A DNA stretch of 64,000 bases from Candidatus Latescibacterota bacterium. GTDB lineage: Bacteria > Latescibacterota > UBA2968. The notes beneath the pieces are model-generated. The model was not told where the DNA came from, made no database searches, and worked only from the letters and a program-made list of their open reading frames with translations. Shown in pieces: positions 39,680-49,300 of the stretch. Made by a program: the position numbers and the translations under genes. The DNA lies in the NCBI GenBank assembly GCA_965204745.1, contig OZ242010.1:1248001-1312000 (forward strand), in the 5' to 3' direction. Numbering within the stretch: position 1 is the stretch's first letter; each line of letters begins with the position of its first letter.

Positions 39680-40999
39680 ATGTCTCACCGCAACGTTCTT
39701 TTGCTCATCGCCGACGACTGGAGCCCCATTGCCGGATGCTATGGCAATGCGGTCATCAAAATGCCCAGCGTGGATGCGCTCGCCGCGCGCGGCACGTTAT
39801 TTCAAAATGCCTTTTGCACCACCCCGTCGTGTGCGGCCAGCCGCGCCAATTTGCTCACCGGGCACTACAGCCACACGCACGGGCAATACGGGCACTCGCA
39901 CGGGGTTCACAATTTTCACACGCACCTCACCATGCCGTCCATCCCCAAAGTCTTGCAAGCCGCGGGGTTCCAGACCGGCGTCGTGGGCAAACTCCACATC
40001 CAACCCGAGTCGGTGTATCCCTGGCACTACGAGGCCGGCGGCGGGCGCAATGTGCGCGCGATTGCTGACAATGTCGCCGCGTTTTTTGAGACGATTGACC
40101 GCGACCAACCCTTTTATCTGCACGTCGGTTTTTCCGATCCCCATCGGGATTTTGGCAATGCCCGAACCTATCCAGGAGTGCCCGAAACCGCGTATTCGCC
40201 CGACGAGGTCATCGTGCCCGATTTCTTGCCCGACCATCCGGATGTGCGCCGGGAATTTGCCGAATACTACCAATCCGTCTCGCGCTTGGACACGGGCATT
40301 GGCATGGCCGTGCGTGCGTTGCAAGCCGCGGGCCGCGCCGACGATACGATGATCGTCGTGATGAGCGATCACGGCATGCCGTTTCCGGGCGGCAAAGCCT
40401 CCTCGTTTGACACTGGCCACCACTGCCCCCTCATCATCACGCGGCCGAATGCAGAGGCCGTTGTCAGCGATGCCCTGGTCAACTGGAGCAACATCGCGCC
40501 GACTGTTTTTGACTGGTGCGGCGTTGATCCGCCCGAGGGGTTGCCGGAAAAATCCCTGTTGCCCGTTCTCGACCAGGCCCATCCCGAAGGCTTTGACGAA
40601 ACCTATTTTTCGCACACGTTCCACGAAGTCACCAACTACTATCCCTATCGCGTCTTGCGCGGCCGCAAATACAAATACATCCGCAACCTCTATCCGGAAC
40701 TCACCACCCCGTTGCCGAGCGACCTTTGGGCATCGCCCACATGGCAGGCCATTCGCAGGGAAAATTTGGAGATGGGCAAACGCCGCACGGAAAAATTTCT
40801 GCACCAAGACGCCGAGGCCCTGTTCGACATTGAAAACGATCCCATGGAATCCACCAACCTCATTGACGACCCCGCGCTTCAAGACATCGCCGAAACCATG
40901 CGCCAAAAAGTTCGCGCCTTCCGCACGGAAACCAAGGACCCATGGTGCCTCGCGTCTTACCACGCAGGCGAGCCGGGCATGCGGCCGGTGGTGAAGTGA
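39680..40999 (+). CDS. Sulfatase (sulfamidase-like)
   Basis: NVLLLIADD, CAASRANLLTG (FGly motif), VGKLH, DPHR, SDHG. Confidence 0.92.
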   Translation: MSHRNVLLLIADDWSPIAGCYGNAVIKMPSVDALAARGTLFQNAFCTTPSCAASRANLLTGHYSHTHGQYGHSHGVHNFHTHLTMPSIPKVLQAAGFQTGVVGKLHIQPESVYPWHYEAGGGRNVRAIADNVAAFFETIDRDQPFYLHVGFSDPHRDFGNARTYPGVPETAYSPDEVIVPDFLPDHPDVRREFAEYYQSVSRLDTGIGMAVRALQAAGRADDTMIVVMSDHGMPFPGGKASSFDTGHHCPLIITRPNAEAVVSDALVNWSNIAPTVFDWCGVDPPEGLPEKSLLPVLDQAHPEGFDETYFSHTFHEVTNYYPYRVLRGRKYKYIRNLYPELTTPLPSDLWASPTWQAIRRENLEMGKRRTEKFLHQDAEALFDIENDPMESTNLIDDPALQDIAETMRQKVRAFRTETKDPWCLASYHAGEPGMRPVVK

Positions 41000-41001
41000 A
41001 A

Positions 41002-41153
41002 TCAGTAGTCAGTAGTCAGTAGTCAGTAGTCAGTAGTCAGTAGTCAGTAGTCAGTAGTCAGTAGTCAGTAGTCAGTAGTCAGTAGTCAGTAGTCAGTAGT
41101 CAGTAGTCAGTAGTCAGTAGTCAGTAGTCAGTAGTCAGTAGTCAGTAGTCAGT
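41002..41153. repeat. Perfect heptamer microsatellite (TCAGTAG)21 plus a partial unit
   Basis: Uninterrupted units 41002-41148 plus TCAGT. Confidence 0.95.
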
Positions 41154-41847
41154 CCACCCAACCCCAAACCCCGTAGGGGCAGGCCCGTGCCTGTCTTCGA
41201 TATCCATCTCAGAAAACGAACGCCCCGGCGATTTTGTGTCGTCGGGGCGTTTTATTTTTTTAACAATGCGAATTGAGAGTAGAAAGCGAGTAAGAAGCAA
41301 GCCACAACCCATCATCCAAAGACATGAACGAGGTTCTGTTGACATTTTGTTTTTGAGCGATGAGCGTGCCCGTCCTCGCCACCCTGCCGCCCGTGTCTGA
41401 ATCGCGGATTAAACGGATTAGGGGATTACGCGGATTACCCCACACCGCCCTACCGCCATAGCCCTATCCCCCCGGCCCCCTTTCCTACAAGGAAAGGGGG
41501 AGCGCATGGCTTTCTTAAAGGTTTGCATCCAGGGCTGTTTTGATGGCTTTGGGCGAATGGATCACGCCATGAAAATCCAAACCCCGCTCGCGCAATCCCT
41601 CGGAAAACCACTCACAGTTCCCCCTTCCTCGCAGGAAGGGGGTTAGGGGGTAGGTCCCCCTCGCACAACCTCTCGCCATTCCCCCTTCCTCGCAGGCACA
41701 GGCGTAGCCTACAACGAAGCGTAGCGAGTAACGGGGCCAGGGGGTAGGTCCCCCTCGCACACCCTGTCGCCATCCGTCGTAGGGGACGGGACCCTGTGCC
41801 TGTCCTTATCGCTTGACTGACCACCGATCCTATCGTCATTTTACCAC

Positions 41848-41876
41848 TTGACAAATAATAGCGTAATTTTTAATTT
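41848..41876 (+). promoter_or_regulatory. Putative sigma-70 promoter for the adhesin
   Basis: TTGACA-17 bp-TAATTT; the homologous site upstream of the other adhesin has TTGAAA. Confidence 0.5.
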
Positions 41877-42120
41877 TTACCCATTCGCTATTTCGATTTT
41901 GAGCGCGGAGGAAAAGCCGCGCCTAATTTGTGCGACAGCTTTTGCAAAGGAGGATTCAGATGATTCCTACCATTTTCAGCCGCTGTTTGAACCTCATTTG
42001 GCACTATGTTTTTTCAGCCTGTCCCACCGCGAAAAGTGGCGTTCATGTCGCCGATTCTCGTCTTGGAGTGCCGTTCTATTTCATTGCAAATCAGTCTGTT
42101 AGGATGGTCAGTACAGTGTA

Positions 42121-42142
42121 CCCCCCCCCCCCCCCCCCCCCC
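42121..42142 (+). repeat. Poly-C tract (C22) just upstream of the adhesin RBS
   Basis: 22 C followed by tcgggaggagcgacaaaATG (42160). Confidence 0.9.
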
Positions 42143-42159
42143 TCGGGAGGAGCGACAAA

Positions 42160-45100
42160 ATGACCTCCCGATCCGCTCACTTGTTGGCTCTGGTCGCGTT
42201 GGGCATGCTGGTGGCATCGGGGCCGGCGTTTGCCCAAACCGACTACGACTACGACAACGACCGCCTGATTGACATCACGACTTTGGCGCAACTCAACGCC
42301 ATGCGTTGGGACCTCAACGGCGATGGTGTTGTGTCAAGCACCGACTCTACGAACTACTTCACCGCCTTCAGCAACCCCGCCTCGGGCATGGGGTGTCCGT
42401 CCGCCGGCTGTAATGGCTACGAACTGCTCAACAACTTGGACTTTGACGAGAACAACGATGGCGCAATCACCTCAGCAGACGCCACCTACTGGAACAGCGG
42501 CTTAGGATGGGAGCCAATCGGCTCCGACGCCAACCCAGCGTCTCGATACACAGGCGATTTCAAGGGCAACGGACACACCATCGACAACCTGTTCATCAAT
42601 CGCAGCTCCACCGACGTCGGGCTGTTCGGCGGTATTAGCTCCACATCCCGCATCGAGACCTTGGGCGTAACCAACGCCAATGTATCTGCGAGAAAATTCG
42701 TCGGCATTCTCGCAGGAACCAGTTACGGCGACATCTTCGCCTGTTACACCACCGGCGCGGTAAGCGGCAGCGACCAGCAGGTTGGCGGGGTGATAGGCTA
42801 CATGCAAACGCCTCAATCACAACCGGGCCTCCACTCCAGCTACTCCACCGCTTCCGTCACCGCGCCTACATACGCCGGAGGGCTTGTGGGACGTTTAGCC
42901 CGTGGCAGAATACAGTATTCATACGCCGCAGGTGCCGTCAGCGGCGCAGGATTCAACGGCGGGCTTGTAGGAAGCATAAACCCAGCCAATCCATCTGTCT
43001 CCTCCGCAACCGCTAGCTACTACGACATCACGACCACCGGACAGACCGGCGACCTCCGCGCCACGGCGGGCTACGCCACCGCAGACCTCCAGCGCCCCAC
43101 CGGCTACACCGGCATATACGCCGGCTGGAACACCAACATCGACGGCGTGATGGGCAACGACGACCCGTGGTACTTTGGCGCGACGAATCAGTACCCCGTG
43201 TTGAAGTATGCCGGCCTGGACACCACCGCGCAATTTGCGTTGCAACCGAGCATACCGACGGGTGTGGCCGTGACGTCCAATGGGGACACCTTGTACGTAC
43301 ACTGGCGTGCGGCGAGTCAAGCGACGGGGTACACAGTGCAGTGGAAATCCGGCATGCAAAGCTACGACGCCGCGCGTCAGGCCACCACCACGGCTACGCG
43401 CTACAAGATCGCCTTGACGTCGGGGACGACCTACACAGTGCGCGTCATTGCCAGCAAGACCGGTGTGCGCGATGGAACCTCGGGCGAGGTCATGCGCGCT
43501 CCAGGTCTCACCAATTACGATCCCGATGGCGATGGCCTCATCGCTATCACCACGCTGGCGCAACTCAACGCCATGCGCTGGGATATCAATGGCGATGGTG
43601 CTATAGACTCAAGTGCCACGACCGCCGATACGACTGCCTACAACGCCGCCTTTTCCGGCCGGGACACCGACACCGCCATCCGTATGGGCTGCTTCCCGGG
43701 ATGCACCGGCTACGAACTGCTCGCCAACCTGGACTTTGACGAGAACAACGACGGCGAGATCACCTCAGCAGACGCCACCTACTGGAATAGCGGCGCCGGC
43801 TGGGACCCTGTGGGGCCTTACAGCGGCACGTTCCAAGGCAACAACAATACGATCTCCCACCTGTTCATCGACCGGGGGACTCGGCATAATGCAGGATTGT
43901 TCCATGCGGTTGAGGGCAATATTTCGGGGTTGGGGTTGTTGAATGTGGATGTGACCGGCAATGACCGCGTGGGTGCTCTGACCGGTGTTCAGGGTGGTGG
44001 GGGCACCATCTCGTCGTGTTATGTGACGGGTCGCGTTTCGGGGGCGAAGTGGGGTGTGGGTGGTTTGGTCGGTCAGTCTCATCGCACTATGGGCACCAAC
44101 CGCATTGTGAGTAGCTACGCGAACGTCTCTGTGAGCATTCCTGCGACTGTGACGAGTGACGGGAAGGCTGGCGGGTTGGTGGGTTATCTGAGATTTCAGA
44201 CCGAGGTGGTGGCGTCTTACGCCCTGGGCCCGGTGTTCGTGGGACACAGTAGCGGGGTGGGCGGCGGGTTGGTGGGTGAACTCGCGAGCGGCAGTGGCGT
44301 GACCGCCAGCTACTCGATAGGGCGGGTCACGGGTGACTGCACGAAAGGCGGTTTGGTGGGCACTTCGGCTGGTACAGTGGTCGATAGCTACTGGGACACA
44401 CAAGAAAGCGGCATTGCCGACGATGGCGATACGGCTATGCCGGAGGGTGAGCCGACTGCCGACTTACAATCGGTCACGTCTGCGACAGGCATCTATAACG
44501 TTTGGGACATGCTGACCATAGATGCTTCGGGGACCAGCGATGATGCTCCCTGGACCTTTGGCGCGATGGATCAGTATCCGGTCTTGAAGTATGCCGGCAT
44601 GGACACCACCGTGCAATTTCAGCTTCAACCCGCGATAGTGACGTTGGCACTGACGCCCTCGACGCTCTCGGAAAGCGGTGGGATGAGCACCGTGACCGCG
44701 ACGCTGTCTCACCCATCGAGCGCGGCGACGACGATCACGGTGCGCCCGGTGGCGGGTGCTTACACGGTGGGGATGGATTCGACGATCACCATCGCGGCCG
44801 GGAGCACGGCGAACGCGTCGGACACGGTGGTCATCACAGCGGTGGACAATACCCAAGACGCGCCTAATCGCGACGTGGACATGTCCGTTGTGGCAGACAA
44901 CGCCCAGGGCAGTGTGGTCCGCCTGATCGAGATAACGATCATCGATGATGACGCGCCGCCGAGGCTCTCGATCAGTTCGCCGAGTGCGGTTGAGGGCACT
45001 GCCCTGACGTTCACCGTTAGATTGAATGCGGTGAGCGGCAAAGAGGTGACGGTGGCGTATGCAGACGCGGGCACGGGCACCGCGACTTCGGGGACGGACT

Positions 45101-46026
45101 ACACCGCGCTTACCGCAGGGACTCTGACCTTCGCGGCGGGCACGACCACGACCAGCCAGACCATCGCTGTTACTGTGACCGACGACTCGGATGATGAGCA
45201 GAACGAGACCGTGGAGGTGACGTTGAGCAACGCGGTCAATGCCACCTTTGATGGCGAGGCTACGAGCCTCACCGGCACCGGTACGATTATCGATGACGAT
45301 GGCGCGTCTGCGCTGAGTATCGGTTCGCCAAGCGTGATTGAAGGCGTGACCGGCGCGACCCTGACCTTTCAGGTGTACCTACGCCCAGCGCACAACACGT
45401 TACAAGTGACGGTGGCGTATGCAGACGCGGGCACGGGCACCGCGACTTCGGGGACGGATTACACCGCGCTTACCGCAGGGACCCTGACCTTCGCGGTAGG
45501 CGATACCATCCAGACCATCGCTGTTACTGTGACCGACGACTCGGATGATGAGCAGAACGAGACCGTGATCGTGACGCTGAGCAGTGCGACCAATGCGACC
45601 ATAAGCACGGCGGATGGCACAGGAACGATTATCGATGACGAAACCCCGAGTGCCAACTTGGATGTGGATGGCGATGGCCGGGTGAGATTGTTCTCGGATA
45701 TAATCCTGGTCATTCGATATGTCCTCTTCTTCCGGAACGAGGCCCTCCTCAGAGGGAACGTCATCGAGCCAACTGCCACGCGCACGACCGCTCAAGAAAT
45801 TGAACCCTACCTCGACACGTTGGTCAATCAGAACATTCTCGATGTGGATGGCGATGGCGATGTGAGGCTGTTCTCGGATATAATCCTGGTCATTCGATAT
45901 GTCCTCTTCTTCCGGAACGAGGCCCTCGTCAGAGGGAACGTCATCGAGCCAACTGCCACGCGCACGACCACTCAAGCCATTGAACCCTACATCCGAAGCC
46001 TCTATCCCGACTCCCACTTCCAATGA
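42160..46026 (+). CDS. Large secreted adhesin-like protein (GLUG repeats, FN3, Calx-beta x2, tandem dockerin-like tail)
   Basis: Paralogue of 16717-21348; FN3 (YTVQWKSG...YTVRVIA); Calx-beta (TATSGTDY...GTLTFAAG...GTGTIIDDD). Confidence 0.85.
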   Translation: MTSRSAHLLALVALGMLVASGPAFAQTDYDYDNDRLIDITTLAQLNAMRWDLNGDGVVSSTDSTNYFTAFSNPASGMGCPSAGCNGYELLNNLDFDENNDGAITSADATYWNSGLGWEPIGSDANPASRYTGDFKGNGHTIDNLFINRSSTDVGLFGGISSTSRIETLGVTNANVSARKFVGILAGTSYGDIFACYTTGAVSGSDQQVGGVIGYMQTPQSQPGLHSSYSTASVTAPTYAGGLVGRLARGRIQYSYAAGAVSGAGFNGGLVGSINPANPSVSSATASYYDITTTGQTGDLRATAGYATADLQRPTGYTGIYAGWNTNIDGVMGNDDPWYFGATNQYPVLKYAGLDTTAQFALQPSIPTGVAVTSNGDTLYVHWRAASQATGYTVQWKSGMQSYDAARQATTTATRYKIALTSGTTYTVRVIASKTGVRDGTSGEVMRAPGLTNYDPDGDGLIAITTLAQLNAMRWDINGDGAIDSSATTADTTAYNAAFSGRDTDTAIRMGCFPGCTGYELLANLDFDENNDGEITSADATYWNSGAGWDPVGPYSGTFQGNNNTISHLFIDRGTRHNAGLFHAVEGNISGLGLLNVDVTGNDRVGALTGVQGGGGTISSCYVTGRVSGAKWGVGGLVGQSHRTMGTNRIVSSYANVSVSIPATVTSDGKAGGLVGYLRFQTEVVASYALGPVFVGHSSGVGGGLVGELASGSGVTASYSIGRVTGDCTKGGLVGTSAGTVVDSYWDTQESGIADDGDTAMPEGEPTADLQSVTSATGIYNVWDMLTIDASGTSDDAPWTFGAMDQYPVLKYAGMDTTVQFQLQPAIVTLALTPSTLSESGGMSTVTATLSHPSSAATTITVRPVAGAYTVGMDSTITIAAGSTANASDTVVITAVDNTQDAPNRDVDMSVVADNAQGSVVRLIEITIIDDDAPPRLSISSPSAVEGTALTFTVRLNAVSGKEVTVAYADAGTGTATSGTDYTALTAGTLTFAAGTTTTSQTIAVTVTDDSDDEQNETVEVTLSNAVNATFDGEATSLTGTGTIIDDDGASALSIGSPSVIEGVTGATLTFQVYLRPAHNTLQVTVAYADAGTGTATSGTDYTALTAGTLTFAVGDTIQTIAVTVTDDSDDEQNETVIVTLSSATNATISTADGTGTIIDDETPSANLDVDGDGRVRLFSDIILVIRYVLFFRNEALLRGNVIEPTATRTTAQEIEPYLDTLVNQNILDVDGDGDVRLFSDIILVIRYVLFFRNEALVRGNVIEPTATRTTTQAIEPYIRSLYPDSHFQ

Positions 46027-46594
46027 AAGCCTGTTCCCTGACCGCCACAGATGAAGATGGCGATGAGAACACCCTGAGTTTCTTCTTCACCATCAGCGCG
46101 AATCTGATGCTGTCCTTTGGCGATGCGAGTGTGGAATACGCGGAAGCAAGAGATCGAATCCCTTTTCCTCATCTTCGCCGCCGGCTTTGGCTCGACAGGC
46201 TGAACGACGAAAGACGCGAAAAACAAAGTAAAGCCCGGGTTCACAGTGAACTCGGGCTTTACTTTTTGGAATTGGAACCTACCCACTAGCCCCGTTACTC
46301 GCTACGCTTCGTTGTAGGCTACGCCTGTGCCTACGAGGAAGATACAAGGGGGAATAACATCTCTCCGTTGCGGGAAAGAGCCGGAGGAGGGGCATCCATC
46401 GTTCGTTTTAAGACAAGTTCAAGGGCGATTCTATAAGGGATGACTCGTTCATGTCTTTGGATGATGGGTTGCGGCTTGCTTCTTACTCGCTTTCTACTCT
46501 TAATTCGCATTGACAATGATGTGTGACCTATCCTCCCCGCTCCGTTACTCGCTTCGTTGTAGGCTACGCCTGTGCGGGGAGGGGGCACCGCTTC

Positions 46595-48913
46595 TCATTC
46601 CATATCCTTCAGAATCCGCATGAACTGCGGATCGTTGGGGGCGAATTGGCGTGCTCTTTCCTTTGCGCGTTGCGCGGCTTCTTCTTTGCCCAGCACGGAC
46701 AGGGCTTCCCCCATGACTTGGTACGCACGCGCATGGTCCGGGGCTTGTTTCAGCACTTGTTCCAGCGTTGCCACCGCGCCGATGTGATTTTTGAGCCCGA
46801 TTTGAACAACTGCAAAGTTGAACTGGTGGTCGGCATTATCGGGCACTAGGGCCAACACCTTTTCGAGAATGTCGCGTGCCTCTGCAAACTTGCCCTGTCT
46901 CGAATACGTCGCCGCGAGGCTGTTGAGTATGGCGGCATCGTCCGGGGCGATCCACAAAGCGCGTTGATAAGCCTGCGCGGCCTCTGCCAAGTTGCCCGTT
47001 TGTGCGTGTGCCCTGCCCAATAAGTGCCGTGCCGTTGCGTTGGTGGAATCCAATGTCGTTGCGCGTTCTGCCGCATCAATCGCGTCCGCACAGTGTCCAA
47101 AGTGCAGGCATACCTCGCCCAAGCCGGTGAGAAATTCCACTTTTATCGGATTGAGCGCGACTGCCCGTCGTGCATGCGCGACCGCCGCAGAGTCCCTCTC
47201 CATTTTGGTGAGTGCTTGTCCCAACAAGTAATGCACGCGCTCATTGTGGGGAAAATCGTCCAAACTTTGGCGCAAGGCCGCGATGGCGTCATCCCATTTT
47301 TTTTGATTGTAGAGCGCGGTTCCCAATGCTTGATGGATGCGATAATACCGCGTTGGGCTTTGCGCGGCGGCTTTGCGGTACCAGGTTTCGGCGGCTACAT
47401 ACTCCTTCTGATGCAAGGCGCGTTGCCCTTTGCGGTAATACAACTCGCCTGTGATGGTGCGCGTGCCCATGCCGAGGGCGACGATTGCGAGCGCGGCGCA
47501 CACACACCCCATGCCGACCGCCACTTTGCGGTTTCTTATGGCAAAGAGACGCACGGGCTTGGGTTTTAATGCCCATATCAATCCCACCACGATCCAGAAA
47601 TGCAGGGCAGATGCGGGTTGTTGAAAATTGCTACTGAAAAATGCGTGCGTGAGCGTTGCCACCACAGAAGCCGCAAATCCCACTGCGATGAAGGAGACCT
47701 CGCCGCGCAGGTAACGCCGCATCAGGCCGACCAATACCCAGCCGAGTTGCAGCAGGAAAACCCCGAAAATCAGCAGGCCGATCAAGCCGGTTTCCGCCCA
47801 CATTTCCAAATATTCGTTGTGGACAGTGAACGCCATCAGGTCGCGTTCATTCCGTTTTTCCATGCGGTCTTTCACGAGCAGGCTTTCGCGGCCCGTGAAC
47901 TCGGGAATCGCAAACTCGTAATTGCCCAGGCCCACGCCCAGAACGGGGCGATCCAAAATGAGGCGCGCCGCATCTTTCCACAAATTCACGCGCTGCACGC
48001 TGGAATCGTCTGCCAACTGAATGGCGTCCACGCTTCGATACGCCACCCCGGCCCCGTATCTGTTGACCAAATGATTGACGAGGCGAACCCTGCCCTGCGC
48101 GTCCGCATCTCGTTGCCCGGTGTAAAACGCCGCGCCCACGCCTGCGAGGATCAAGATGGGGATCGCCAAATCCACCCATCGGCGTTCGGTCAGAAAGCAA
48201 CGCAACCATGCCATCCCGCTCAATATGAGCAAGCAGATCACCGCGCCGAGCCAGCCGCCCCTGCTGCTTAACACGATCAAATGACACGCGATGAAAAAAC
48301 AAGCCGTGCCAATGCCGACCCGCGCCCACGGTTTGCGTGTGACAAAAACCATGGCAACCGCGATGGGAAAGACCACATTGTAGTATTGCGCGGTAAAGTT
48401 GACATTGCCAATGGTGGAGATGGGCAAGTACCACGGCGCGCCAAAATGGTAAATGCCATTGTGTTGCAACCACCCGATCACTGCGACAATCCCGCTCGCG
48501 ACCACCATCGCGCCCGTTATTTTGTAGATGTGCTCAGAACTTCGCACGGTGTTGAAGATCAAAACCGCGAGTACAAAAAAACAGCCTTGTCGAAACAAGA
48601 CATCTAGGCCCTGCGCGATGTTCTGCGCCCAAAACAGAGACGCAAACCCCATCGCCAACAAGCCCAATAGCGCGTAGTACAACGGGGTCTCGACAACCGA
48701 CACTTCGCCATCCAAGACCATGCTCAACACCCACGCCCCCGCGAGCATCGCAATCAGCACTGTGGCGAAGATGAGTTTGGGCGTGCCGTATTCTTGCATG
48801 GCCGTCGTAACTATCAAGGGCACCACCAGCACCAACGCCTGAAACCCACGCACCATCATCAGCCGTACCCGCGCCCCCATCCATGTTGTGTTTGTGATCA
48901 TGAGTGATTCCAT
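46595..48913 (-). CDS. O-antigen ligase-family membrane protein with C-terminal TPR repeats
   Basis: STIGNVNF, SSRGGWLG, RVNLWK...GVGLGNY, VHNEYLEMWAETGLIG; TPR array; start codon uncertain. Confidence 0.85.
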   Translation of the reverse strand: MESLMITNTTWMGARVRLMMVRGFQALVLVVPLIVTTAMQEYGTPKLIFATVLIAMLAGAWVLSMVLDGEVSVVETPLYYALLGLLAMGFASLFWAQNIAQGLDVLFRQGCFFVLAVLIFNTVRSSEHIYKITGAMVVASGIVAVIGWLQHNGIYHFGAPWYLPISTIGNVNFTAQYYNVVFPIAVAMVFVTRKPWARVGIGTACFFIACHLIVLSSRGGWLGAVICLLILSGMAWLRCFLTERRWVDLAIPILILAGVGAAFYTGQRDADAQGRVRLVNHLVNRYGAGVAYRSVDAIQLADDSSVQRVNLWKDAARLILDRPVLGVGLGNYEFAIPEFTGRESLLVKDRMEKRNERDLMAFTVHNEYLEMWAETGLIGLLIFGVFLLQLGWVLVGLMRRYLRGEVSFIAVGFAASVVATLTHAFFSSNFQQPASALHFWIVVGLIWALKPKPVRLFAIRNRKVAVGMGCVCAALAIVALGMGTRTITGELYYRKGQRALHQKEYVAAETWYRKAAAQSPTRYYRIHQALGTALYNQKKWDDAIAALRQSLDDFPHNERVHYLLGQALTKMERDSAAVAHARRAVALNPIKVEFLTGLGEVCLHFGHCADAIDAAERATTLDSTNATARHLLGRAHAQTGNLAEAAQAYQRALWIAPDDAAILNSLAATYSRQGKFAEARDILEKVLALVPDNADHQFNFAVVQIGLKNHIGAVATLEQVLKQAPDHARAYQVMGEALSVLGKEEAAQRAKERARQFAPNDPQFMRILKDME

Positions 48914-49049
48914 GTCAGTTGTCAGTCCTGTGTGCCCATCCCCGCCCTGCCTCTCCGTGTGCGTTTTGCCTTGCATCTGTGTTCTTAGGCGAAGCGGACG
49001 TTTTCGCGTCTTTTCGCTTTTCCCGTCTTCCCTCTTGTATCTTGGAAGT

Positions 49050-49290
49050 AAGGTTTAATTAGGTGTTGCGCCCTCGCATCGAGACAAGCCATCTTGATGC
49101 CCGGCTCGGGGAAGGCCGGTCCCTCTCGAAGGCGATGACCTTGTAGGTGAGATAGGCCCCCCGACCGCCGGGTCTATGCCGAAGCGTATCTAAGTCCCTT
49201 GAGGCTGCATATACAAGACCGGTAGACTTGGCGTCAATGGTCGGGATCGAACTCGAGCGCACACCAGACCCTTACAAACCCCTCATCACA
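49050..49290 (+). ncRNA. IS110 bridge RNA, copy B (boundaries approximate)
   Basis: Target guides TCCCTCT (49120-49126) and AGGTGAGA (49145-49152) match its own flanks; donor guides at 49184-49191 and 49211-49218. Confidence 0.85.
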
Positions 49291-49300
49291 GGAGGCCCCC

